A stretch of DNA of 63,998 bases, the filler included, from Rhizaria sp. SCN 62-66 (lineage: Eukaryota), in NCBI GenBank assembly GCA_001724265.1. It is 4 parts of 4 records of this genome, joined end to end, with 100 filler letters (N's around TTAATTAATTAA, not from the genome) between each part and the next. Parts side by side here need not be neighbours in the genome. Positions count along the whole stretch, not along the records: positions 13,704 to 39,433 come from MEDY01000525.1; positions 39,534 to 52,853 come from MEDY01000526.1; 2 more parts are not named here. The stretch is one strand, 5' to 3'. The position numbers and the translations under genes were made by a program. The notes beneath the pieces were generated by a model. It made no database searches and had not been told where the DNA came from. It worked only from the letters and a program-made list of their open reading frames with translations. Positions 36,176 to 46,006 of the stretch are shown piece by piece. Each line of letters starts with the position of its first letter. The stretch's first letter is position 1.

Positions 36176-36859
36176 TCACGAAATGTACGACGGCACGTCA
36201 TCATCGGCCACGGTCACCGCTTTGCGTAGTAGGAACTCGATCTCGGAGGCGTACTCGTCCGCGTAGTCAAACCCGCCGGCGCCCGCGGCGGCGCGCTTGT
36301 CGCCGTCGCCGTTGGCGCCGTCGTCGTCGCTCTTGCCGTTGCTGCTGCTGCGGCTGCTACTGCTACTGCGACTGCCGGACACCGAGCTCGCGCCGAGGCT
36401 GCTGCGGCGGCCGCTGCGGTGGCGGGCGCGGCCGCTGCTGGCAACGGCAACAGAGCAACTGACGGCGCCGGTGCTGGCGCTGGCGCTGGTGGCGGGGGCC
36501 GGAACGCCGAAGCCAGGCTCGAACGACGACGGCGCAACGGCTGGCGCGATCGCCGCGGTCGAAGTGGTGGTGGCAGCGGTGGGGGCCGCAGGAGCAGCAG
36601 GGGCAGCAGCAGAGGGAGCAAGACAGGGCTTCTTGGTAGCCGCGGCAGAGGCGGGTGAGGCCGAGATAGTCTCTTTGCCATCCTCCTCGTCGTCGTCGTC
36701 GTCGCCATCATCATTGCCGTTAGCAGCAGCCCCAGCGGCCCCGGCTGCGGCGGCGGCGGCGGCGGGTGAGGCTGAGTCAGAGTCGGGCCGGGCGCGGCGC
36801 GGGCGCAAGGGCGGCGCAGATACGCGGCGGGCAGCGGCGGCGCGCGCGACAGATGACAT
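36176..36859 (-). CDS. Hypothetical Ala/Ser-rich protein (227 aa); 3' end possibly spliced further
   Basis: ATG-initiated GC-rich ORF between AT-rich flanks; ordered tail FDYADEYASEIEFLLRKAV. Confidence 0.6.
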   Translation of the reverse strand: MSSVARAAAARRVSAPPLRPRRARPDSDSASPAAAAAAAGAAGAAANGNDDGDDDDDEEDGKETISASPASAAATKKPCLAPSAAAPAAPAAPTAATTTSTAAIAPAVAPSSFEPGFGVPAPATSASASTGAVSCSVAVASSGRARHRSGRRSSLGASSVSGSRSSSSSRSSSNGKSDDDGANGDGDKRAAAGAGGFDYADEYASEIEFLLRKAVTVADDDVPSYIS

Positions 36860-37470
36860 CGCGGGCAGGCAGGCGGAAGGCGTTGAGGGAGTGTTAAAGG
36901 ATGGGGCTGGGATTGGATTGAGAGTGCTGGGGGCTAGTGGAGCGCACAGGAAAGGAAGAAAACAGTATATGGGAGTGTCGCTTTGATAAATAATAATATA
37001 TAATGTTGGTATTGACCTGTCCTGGTGAAAAGTCTATGGACTACGATTAAGCCTGCCTGCCGACTCGAAGAAGGTGGAACTAGAGTGTTGGCGAGTGAGG
37101 GAGCTTGATGCCTTTCTTGTGACGTGAAAATACAGCCACATAGGACATTTGTTGATATGAAAGTTTAGGCGAATACAGAAAATTCAATAAGGCAATCAAT
37201 TTCAGACAAATATCGCTATAAAGACGATTAGTTATCGAGAAATCGCCTAAACTGCGGGTGCTCTCAAGCGTTCGACGACCACAAAAAAATCGTGGCCCGC
37301 AACGGTCATCGCTCTGACGCCAATATGTTTGAGGCTGTACCGAGATGGATCTTCTGTCAATGCAAATGCACGTTCACCAGCAGAATATATAGCTTACATA
37401 GTTTACTTTCATGATTTTTTTCCAAATTCACGCCCGTTCTTCTGTGCTGTGCGCGTCCGCATAGCCAGTG

Positions 37471-39433
37471 ATGAGCCGACCGCCGTTCTGGTTCTATCTC
37501 GACGACTCTGGCGCCCCGCAGGGTCCGTTCGCGGACGCGGAGATGCTCGCGTGGTACTCCGCGGGGTTTTTTACCGCTGAGCGCCAGGTGCGCGCGGCTT
37601 TCAGCGCGTCCGAGAGCGCCGCGGGGCTCGACGCGATCGAGTTCGAGGCCATCGGACGCCGTAGGGACTTCCTCTCGAAGCAGCAGCTGCAGCAGTTGCA
37701 GCAGCAACAGCAACAACAGCAACAGCAGCAACAACAGGCTGCCAGTGGGAAGGCGGAGGCTGACGCAAATGTTCAGGCTGCCGCGAACGCTGAGGCTGAG
37801 GCCGAAGCCAAGGCCAAGGCCGATAAGGCTACCGCTGAGGCTGCGGCCGCTGCTGACGCCGCGAAGGCTGCAGCGGTTGCAGCTGCAACTGATGCTGCTG
37901 CTGCTGCTGATGCAGACACAACCGAAGCTACAACGGCGATGACAGACGCAGACTCCACTGTTGCCGCAACCCGCACTACCACAGAGAACGACACACCAAA
38001 GACTGAGTCCGAGACTGCGACCGCGACTGCCCCTGCACCCGCTCCCGCGCCTGCGCCAGTAGAGCCCGTGGAGCCCGTGGACCCGCATGCGTGGTTCTAC
38101 CTGGACTCGCGGGGCCGGCGCCAGGGCCCGTTCCCGACGGCGCTGATGCGGGCTTGGTTCCAGGCGGGCGTTCTGCCGCCCGCGCTGCGCGTGCGCCGGG
38201 CGGGCGACGCGGGCTGCAGCAGCAGCAGCAGTGCTGGCGGTCGCAGCAAGGGCAAGGGCAAGGTCAGTAAAGACACGGATGACAAGAGGGGTGAGGCTCA
38301 GACAGAGACAGCCGACGACAGCTGTTCTGAGAAGAACAACAAGAGTGCCAGTGACAATGCCGCCGACGGCAGCAACGGCGACGACGACACCGAGGGCTAC
38401 GCACCCGCCGAGGCCTACGACGCGGCCGCGTTCGCCGCGTCCGCCGCGGCTGCGTACGCGCCCTTACAGGCGCCCGCGGCGGCGCCCACGCTGAGCAGCG
38501 CTAGCAGCAGCAGCGCAGACACGGACACCGCTGCTGCTGATGCTAAGACTGCTGCTGCTGCCGCTGATGCTGATGCTGTGCGCAGCGCGCTGCAGCGGGG
38601 GCCTGCGCCGTCGTCGCTACGCGCCGGCACACCTTTTTTCGGTCCCCCCGCGCCTCCGGCCCGCGACTGGTACGTCCTGGAGCCGCTCGCGCCCCCACCG
38701 CCCTTCTTCGGCCTCGCCCCTTCCCCAGCCGCAGCCGCCACTGCAGCGCCGACCAAGTCCTCGGCGGAGGCGGCGGCGGAGGCGGCGCGCGCGGCGCTGG
38801 CCGAGGCCCGCCGTCGCCAGCAAGCCTTCCTGGCCTCGGCCTTCGGCTCTGCCGCGGCTGCGGCCACTGGCGGCAGCAAGACCGAGGCCGAGGCGGCGGC
38901 TGCGGAGGCTGCCGCGGCGGCCGAGGCCGAGGCGGGGCCGTTGCTGCCCGCCGCGCTGTCCGCCGCGCTGCCCGCGCTGCCGACGCTGCTGTATCCTGTC
39001 GCACCCGATAGCGGCGACCCCACCGCGAGCAGCAGCGGCGGCAGCTGTGCGCCAGCGCCCGCGCCCGCGCCCACGCCCGCGGGCACTGAACACGGCCCGT
39101 TCTCGCAGCGGCAGATGCGGCTGTGGCTCTCATTGGGGCTGCTGACGTGGGGCGACGCGTACGTGCGCCGCGCCGGCGAGCCGCGCTGGCTGCGCCTGTC
39201 CGCGCATCCGCGGCGCGGCGACGTCCTGCCTGTCGCAGCCGTGCCCGCCGCCGCGCTCGCCGCCGCCGCGCGCGCCGAGGCCGCCGCAGAGGCCGCCGCG
39301 GCTGAGAAGGACGCAGACGCCCGCGCCGCCGCCGCCGCCGCCGCCACGCGCGCTGGCGCTGGCGTAAACGGAAGCGCAACGAAGGGCGGCGAGTTGGCTG
39401 CGGCTGCGGCGCGCGCGGCTGCCGCGGCCGAGG
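37471..39433 (+). CDS. Protein with three GYF domains, truncated by a gap
   Basis: WFYLDDSGAPQGPFADAEMLAWYSAGFF, WFYLDSRGRRQGPFPTALMRAWFQAGVL, and a split third copy WYVLE...EHGPFSQRQMRLWLSLGLL. Confidence 0.88.
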
Positions 39434-39533
39434 NNNNNNNNNNNNNNNNNNNNNNNNNNNNNNNNNNNNNNNNNNNNTTAATTAATTAANNNNNNNNNNN
39501 NNNNNNNNNNNNNNNNNNNNNNNNNNNNNNNNN
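39434..39533. other. Assembly gap with TTAATTAATTAA linker
   Basis: Same construct as 13604-13703. Confidence 0.97.
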
Positions 39534-39846
39534 GAAGCAGAAGCAGCAGCGCGCCGCCGCCGCTGCCGCCGCCGCTGCCGCCGCCGCCGCTGCCGCGGGC
39601 GGCCGCGGGGGCCGGACCAGGGCGACTCGTGCCCGCGCCGCCGCCGCTGCCGCCGCGCCGCTGGGCCCCGCGGTCGCCATAGCCCGCAGCCACCTGCTCG
39701 CGGGCACCGGCGCCGCGGGCTACACCGGCGTCGCCCACAGCAACGGCGACGGCACGGGCAGCGGCGCCAGCGCCAGTGAGGTTGAGGCCGCGGCGGTGGC
39801 GGGCAGGGCGCAGCGGGCGCTGCTGGACGCTTTGGCTGGGCTCTGA
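39534..39846 (+). CDS. 3' coding fragment, perhaps the end of the GYF gene
   Basis: Ala-rich open frame ending RAQRALLDALAGL-TGA, followed by an AT-rich UTR; same strand as the GYF gene. Confidence 0.55.
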
Positions 39847-40447
39847 GAGGAGAGTATGACAGAACTAACATCGTGGACAACACATGACATGCATAAGTTT
39901 TATAATAGTACCAGATTGATTATGAATGAATAATACGCACGATACAAAGACCACCTTTTCATCACGAGGACCAATGTCTCGAAAAGTATTGAATGAGCGT
40001 GAATGGTATTGTAATGACTAAGGTACACATTTTTGTATAACGATGGTTATGATTATTACTTATTATAGTATAGAAAGAATTTTTGTTGTCTTTTTTGTTA
40101 TCTTTTGTTGGCTTTTCTGGATTCATGACTATAGATCACACAAGAACAAGGAAACCAAGAGCAAAATGAAAAGCGAGAGCGAATCGAAGAGTAAGAGCAC
40201 AGATAGTGTGTAGCAAACTGTGGACACACAACACAAAGCATTATCACTTTACAGTGCTCGGTGCTACGCTGAGTTTGCTCCAGCACTCCTGATCTCGTCG
40301 TCGGAGCATTATATTATTCATAGGCTGAGCCAAGCACCTACTGCTAAGCTACAGCTACTACGGACAACATTTACTTTGGCTCGCTTTTGCTGTTTCATCC
40401 TCCGCCCGCTTTGCTTTTTTGCTTTCACGGCAGGTTGTTTCCCGCGC

Positions 40448-42555
40448 TTAGTCCTTGCCGGCCATCTTGCGGCCCGCGCGCATGACCTCGTCGACGAGCA
40501 GCAGGTTGGTGGCCATCATCGTGCCCAGGTGGATCACCTGGCGCTTGACGCAGTAGTTGTCGTAGATGCCCGCAGACTCGGGCAGCAGCGCCTTGCCCGT
40601 CTCGAGGTCCACGCCGGCCTTGGTGCCCTTGCGCGTCTCGTCGAGCAGCTCCACCGTCGTCGTCTGCGCGTCGAAGCCGGCGTTCTGGGCCAGCGTCTTG
40701 GGGATCACGAGCAGCGCGTCAGCGAAGGCGCGCACGCCGATCTTGACGCGGCCGGGGATGTCGCTCGTCGCGATGTACTTCATCAGGTGGTGGTAGCACG
40801 ACAGCTCGAAGGCGCCCGCGCCCAGCACGATGGACTTGTCGACGATGGCGTTGGCGACCGCGCGGAGGCCGTCGCGGAGCGCGCCCTTGATCTGCGCGAT
40901 CGTGTGGTCGTTGGGGCCGTTGATGAGCACGGTGCACGACTTGCTGTTCTTGCAGCCCTCGACGAAGGTGAAGACGTCGTCGCCGAGCGAGTGCTCGTAC
41001 ACGAGCGCGGCGTGGCCCAGGCAGTCAGGCGTCAGCTCCTCGAGCGCGGACACGGCGTAGCCGCCGCAGGCGCGCGAAAGGCGCTCCATGTTGCGGCGCT
41101 TAGCGCGGCGGATGCCGACGATGCCGGCCTTCTGGAGCAGGTCCAGTGAGATGGGGTCGATGCCGCCCTGGTTGATGACCACGAACGCGCCGTCCTTGCC
41201 CACGGTCGCCTCCTTGAACGCGATGATCTGCTTCACCTTGTCGTCGGTGAACTTGCGCTCCGCCAGCACAAGCTTGCGGCGCTCGTCGGCGTTCTTGTAC
41301 ATCATCGTCGAGTTGTCCATCGACTTCTCGTACTCGAGCGAGACGTTGCAGACAAAGATGGCGACGTTCTCGGAGCGCTTGGACATGTTGGGGTGGCGCG
41401 CGCCGTGGTCGAGCACGAGCCCGTCGATGAAGCGCGTGTCGGTCGCAGCGCCGTGGCGCATGTGCATGATCTCGATCATGTGCAGGTCGATGTTGCCAGC
41501 GTCGGCGCCGTCCTTGTCGGGCGAGTCGCGGACCGTCAGCACGGCCTTGACCACGATCTCGGCCAGGTGGTCCGCGAGGTCCTCGGACACCTTGGTGCGC
41601 AGCGACGTGCGCGCGATGGCCAGCAGCAGCTCCTGGTCAAACTCGACGACCTCGCGCTTAAACTCGTCCAGGTGCTTGAGCGCCTCCTCGCGGGCGCGCT
41701 CGTAGCCCTCGACCAGCACGCGCGGGTGCAGGCCCTTGGAGCAGATGCGCTCCGCCTCGGACATCAGCTCACCGGTGAACATCACGGACGAGGTGGTGCC
41801 GTCGCCGGTGATGTCATCCTGAAAGAGATAGGGGAGCGAAGGCAGGCGAAAATAGAAGAACAACGGAGAGAGAGAGAAAAACACAGAAACCGGCGTCGGT
41901 CAAACGGACATGGATTGTTTAGTGAGCACAAGAGGTATTATTTGATGAGCGGTCAAAAATAACAAAGAGGACCATATGAACATTAGCAAATAGTTGATTA
42001 TAATTGAATTTAAGGTTATAATCTAATCACCAGCGCCCCTAAAGCTCGAGTCGAAGAAGTTCGACCGGGAGCTGTAACGTACCTGAGCGGTAGCCTGGCG
42101 GGCGATGAGGGATGCGGTGGGGTGCATGATGGGGGCCTCGTCGAGCACGGCCTTGCCGTCCTTGGTGACCTTGATCAGACCAGCGCCGGAGACGAGCCTG
42201 TGCGTGCGTTAAGAAGCGTTCGTGTGAGAGAGCGAGCAGCGGCGGTCGCCGAGTCGAGTAGGGCGCGTGCGTGTGCGTGAGATTGAACGGAAGCGAGGCG
42301 GGAAGAGAGAAACAAACACAAAAGCAAAAATAAGCACAAGGAGAAGATATATCAAGTGCTGGGGTATGTTCAAGTACTCGGTTAGCGTCAAGCGGGATTG
42401 TTTAGGGGGCGCAGAGGCACGTACATCTTCATGGTGCCCTTGGGACCGAGGTTGCTCTTGACGAGCGCCTGAAGACCCTTGCCCGCCGAGCAGTTGATCA
42501 TGAGGGCGTGGTTCTTGCCGATAATATCGGCGTTGGGGTTAACCATTTGGGCCAT
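40448..42555 (-). CDS. CCT6: Chaperonin CCT/TRiC subunit zeta; exons 42555-42425, 42197-42083, 41818-40448
   Basis: [64 protein letters not shown]; two GTACGT..CAG introns; TAA. Confidence 0.97.
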
Positions 42556-43231
42556 TTTTCCGCGTGGGGGCGAGGCCTGGGCGCGCAGCAATCGAATACG
42601 GCGAGAACGAACGACAAATAGAAAAGTGAGCGAGACGTTGGGACCGACCAGAACAGGGTCCGCCAGTCAAATCGGGAACCGGCCTATAGCTGAGGATCTG
42701 TTGTGATATAACGCCTAAAAACATATTTCAATGATATTTCGCGTTGCAATGTCATCATAAGTGATATCTAATTGCTAAACAACCGATCGTCCGTGACGTG
42801 TATCGCGCTCGAGTGGCCGGGCCGGGTGGGGCGTTTTCGAGCCAGTTCAAACGGGGTGTAAGTGGGCCGAGGCCCTTAGACGGGGACCCGACTGGGCCAG
42901 TGGGGGCCAGATCCCCAAGGGGAGCAGGGGAGCCCCTCTCAGCACCACTTTCGACGCGTCCTTCAGGCCCATTGACGACTTGTTTCGGGTATCACCGATT
43001 TAATATGCCACTATATTCTCCTTGTTCTATCATGGGGCGCAATTTTATGCCCGCTCCATTTTGTGCTGCCCCGCTGGGACACCCTTCGATGTCGCTGCCT
43101 CCCTTGCTGGGAAGCCCAGACGAAGGAGCATTCTCCGACCCTTTGTATGCGTCTTGCTAACCTTGTCTCACCCTATTGACTTCACCATTTGCTTCTTTCG
43201 TCCTTCCCAGGTGCCCCAGTACCGAGCCAGA

Positions 43232-44695
43232 ATGCGAATTTTGGTTTTGTTATTGGCTTTTGCCGCTACCGCTGCTGTCGCGGTGTCGGGCGGCGCCGAC
43301 AGTGTCTATGTCGCGAAGTGGGGCATTCCTAGCTTCGAGGACGAGGGTACGTCCGCCTTTCTTCCCTTTTCTTCTTTTCTTTGCCCTCTTATCTTCTTTC
43401 CCATCTTACTCTCTGCGCCAAACACCCGCTGGAACTGCCGCTACGAAGCCCTCGAAGCCACCCGACCAACCCTCCTTCATGTGAGCTTGCATCCCCGACC
43501 CTGCTCCTCCTGCTTCCGCTCACCCCGCCGCGTCTCCCTCCGTCCCCTTTCCCCTTTTGTTTCTGCCTTCTCTTGCCCCCTTACAGCCTGCGTTCTGTGC
43601 CAGTACGCGGTGCAGCGCGTCGAGCACGCGCTGCTGCAGCGTCTGGACTCGATCGACCGCCAGTCCAAGTCGACCCCGTCGGCTCCGTCGACGGTCGACC
43701 CGTTCGCCAACGCGGCCCCCACTGCTGCGGCTGTTGTCCCGGGCTTTGCCAGCTCCGTCGCTGATGCCGCCAACGTGCGCGGTGCCATCACGAACTCCGC
43801 GACGGCGATGCTCGACACGACGTTCGACCCCTCGATCGGCTACAAGAAGGAGCTGATCCGCTCCCTGCGCACCCGCTGGGGCGGCTCCTCCATCCTGCGC
43901 TACATCTGGGAGGACTTCCTCACGCACTTCTGCTCCCAGGACCGCATCCCGGGCATCTACGTCCCCGTGTGCTCGATGATGTACGAGAACGCGCGCAAGA
44001 TCATGAAGCTCATCTTCTACGGCTTCCCCAACGACCAGGTCTGCCTCATGTCCAAGATGTGCGGCAAGAACTCGTACTTCGCCGCCCCCACCGCCGTGCA
44101 CGACCCCGTCATGTCGCTCTATTGGAACAACAAGCGCGGCCTCTCGGGCTTCGAGGGTGGCATCCACGGCGTCACCGTTTCGGACCTCCAGTCCAAGCGC
44201 GCCGAGAAGGAGGCCATGGCCAAGCAGGCGATCGAGCTCAAGAAGAAGCGCGCCGAGGCCGCCCGCATGCGCCTCGAGTCTGCCGAGAAGCGCGCCGAGC
44301 TCAAGGCGCAGCGCGCGCTCGAGGACGCCAAGCGCGCGCTCGAGACGGCCGAGAAGGCCAAGCACGAGGCCGAGCGCCGCAAGTACGAGGCCCAGGTCGA
44401 GAAGACGCGCGCCGAGCTCGAGGCCCGCAAGCGCGCCGAGGTCGAGGCCCGCGAGGCCCTCGCTCGCGAGGCCAACGTCCGTATGACGAACCTGCTGCCG
44501 CTGTCGCGCCTCAAGATGGAGCTGTCGGGCCACACGCTCGCGCTCGTCGACGCCTCGCAGACGCAGTCGCTGGCCTCGATCACCGACATCCAGGGCGCCA
44601 AGACCGTGGACCAGACGTCGCAGGACGCCACCAAGGACTCCCAGGCCGCCCAGGGCTCGACGTAGGCGGGCGAACAGCCAAACTGGGGCTTCTAA
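43232..44695 (+). CDS. Secreted saposin-like (SAPLIP) protein with C-terminal coiled coil; exons 43232-43346, 43587-44665 (44695 if TAG is sense)
   Basis: Signal peptide MRILVLLLAFAATAAVA; six-Cys saposin pattern CVLC...HFC...PVC...QVCLMSKMC; E/K/R/A coiled coil; strong GC3 bias. Confidence 0.75.
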
Positions 44696-45650
44696 GCAGA
44701 AGCAGATGCAGATGCAGCAGCAGGAGTGTCGTCGTATCCAACAACAGCAGCAGCAGTACCTCAATCATTGTGATCAAGAAGAAAATGACAACCATTGCGC
44801 TCGTATCGCCGCATCTACTCTTGCTAGGAGCGGTGATGTGCGTCGTATTTGCGCTTTGTCAGTCTCAACATCTTTTCCGTGCTGCGCACAGCAGCCGTGT
44901 TTGGGACATCGTCGTCGCTGCAGCTGTCTCGGCCTCGGCCGTCAGTCGCAACATCAATTGTTGACGTTGTTGCTGTTACTGCCGGTGCTGCTTCCGTTGG
45001 CTTGTCTGTCGTCATCGTCGTTGTGTGGCCGCGGTCGGCGCAGTTCGCGCTGCGCCGGCGGGGCGGCCACGGGGGGAGGGGCGCCGCGTGTCGCCGCTGC
45101 TGCCGCTGCGGCTGCATTGCCTGTGAACACGAATAGTACTATTGTTGCTGTTGTTGCTGCTGCGATCTGTTGCTAAAAACGACAATCGCATCGTCCAGCA
45201 GCAGCACGAGTCCGTCGTGTTTGCAGCAGTGCAGCCCGCTTCAGTTGCAGAGGAGGCGTGTGTTGCTTGCTCGTACCGTAGTTAGTTTTATAGAGGATTG
45301 TTGGCTTGTTTGTGGGTACTACAGCTCAGTTCACGTGAGTACCCTTTATTACATACAAAACCGTTTAAATTTCAAAAACAATGCGTCGTCAAACCATTGC
45401 ATGCATATACCTACAGAGTCTCTTAAATTGAACCTAAAAACGTGATATTTGATGAAAGGAAAAAAAGTCACAAATTGTGTATTAAGATATCGGTATACGT
45501 ACTAAAAATATAGCCTATCTTTTTAACTGCAAATAGTCTAAACAAAACAATCCATATCTATCTAATCTAATAATGTAGAACTGTCGCCGGGTAACTCAAT
45601 ATGACTGACTGGCTGGCAGAGGCCAGTGCTCAGCGTTCGGTGCCCAGCGC

Positions 45651-45970
45651 TCAGCGCCTGCCGCTGGACTGCTGGTCCTTGAGCGCCTGGTAGGCGCTGT
45701 TCATGGCCTTGAACATCTCTGTCGCGCGCACCAGCCGGGCGGCGTCGTCGGTGTGCTTGTCGGGGTGGATCAGCAAGCAGGCCTTGCGGTAGGCCTTGGT
45801 GACGACGGCCAGCGTGTCGAGCTGCTTCAGCGCCTTGTCGCCGTTGACTTCGTTCACCATCACGTAAAGCGGCTTGTTGCGCGCCCACGCGGTCACCTCG
45901 CGGATGATCTGCTCCGACTCGCTCAGACCGCCCGCGCCGCCGCCAGCGCCGGCACTATTTGCGCTGCTGT

Positions 45971-46006
<36 letters not shown>

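Noticed and set aside
42830-42960. G-rich structured stretch between CCT6 and the saposin gene as a tRNA (e.g. a CUA suppressor)
   Set aside because: No T-loop GTTC or cloverleaf; I found no tRNA gene anywhere in the window.
44706-45445. ORFs downstream of the saposin-like gene
   Set aside because: No consistent codon bias or motifs; reads as a repeat-rich 3' UTR between convergent genes.
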